In this document: positions 63,711-64,000 of the stretch, piece after piece
Numbering within the stretch: the first letter of the stretch is position 1
How the letters are laid out: each line of letters starts with the position of its first letter
Assembly (NCBI RefSeq): GCF_002113885.1
Contig: NW_018407210.1
Span: 11,968-75,967 of the forward strand
Length of the DNA stretch: 64,000 nucleotides
Source: Mizuhopecten yessoensis
Taxonomy: Eukaryota
Direction: 5' to 3'
Position numbers and translations under genes: made by a program
Notes under the pieces: generated by a model
Told to the model about the DNA's origin: nothing
Databases searched by the model: none
Seen by the model: the letters and a program-made list of their open reading frames with translations, nothing else

Positions 63711-63860
63711 TCATTCAGAAATGTGGTACACACGGCATCCGTATAGTTCCACCTTTAAGCACGGAAGTCTTATAAATGACTTCGGATGGAAACGTATAAA
63801 TCTGGCTACGGTTGGTGTTGGTAGGGTGTAGGTAAGCACGGCAGTATTCGCCGAGAATGT
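63711..63860 (-). CDS. Cluster gene F: terminal exon only (FA58C C-terminus); the rest of the gene lies beyond the window
   Basis: Acceptor tttcag, then TFSANTAVLTYTLPTPTVARFIRFHPKSFIRLPCLKVELYGCRVYHISE*, homologous to exon 9 of A-E. AATAAA (minus) at 63690-63695. Confidence 0.85.
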   Translation of the reverse strand, partial: TFSANTAVLTYTLPTPTVARFIRFHPKSFIRLPCLKVELYGCRVYHISE

Positions 63861-64000
63861 CTGAAATGTAATGGGGAAGAGGAAATACTAAGTATCAACC
63901 ATGTATTGAACAAAGTAAATAACCAACAGATTTCTGTATACTGAGTGTTACACAATGTCATATACCTAAAATCTATCACGAGTAATATCGATCTTATCAT

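Overview
AT-rich, intron-rich animal genomic DNA. The SINE and Penelope-type repeat landscape suggests a bivalve mollusc (inference). There are four assembly gaps. Contents from left to right: (1) a tRNA-Val cluster on the minus strand, with two intact genes (CAC, TAC) and three decayed copies, inside locally duplicated sequence that also holds a MITE. (2) A plus-strand 11-12-exon gene for an atypical Rab-like GTPase of about 490 aa. It has a probable N-terminal myristoyl/palmitoyl motif (MGAGCSS), Arg in place of the catalytic Gln, a long G4-G5 insertion, a large C-terminal helical extension and no prenylation site. (3) From 21 kb to the right edge, a cluster of at least six paralogous genes: five complete 9-exon models built by hand with GT-AG introns and matching phases, plus the last exon of a sixth. 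They encode secreted proteins of about 355-366 aa with the architecture signal peptide - cubilin-N-terminal-like (trimerising beta-helix) segment - bacterial/phage-type putative Ig (He_PIG/cadherin-like) domain - EGF - F5/8 type C (discoidin) domain. They fall into two subfamilies arranged as head-to-head pairs. This cluster is the best candidate for an undescribed system, possibly trimeric lectin-like receptors that dock on amnionless. A second recurring oddity is tandem amplification of exon-intron junctions, giving arrays of decoy splice sites in three different genes. The long ORFs at 49-51 kb are an intronic 51-bp minisatellite and are neither coding nor CRISPR. All domain assignments come from motif recognition, not from database searches.
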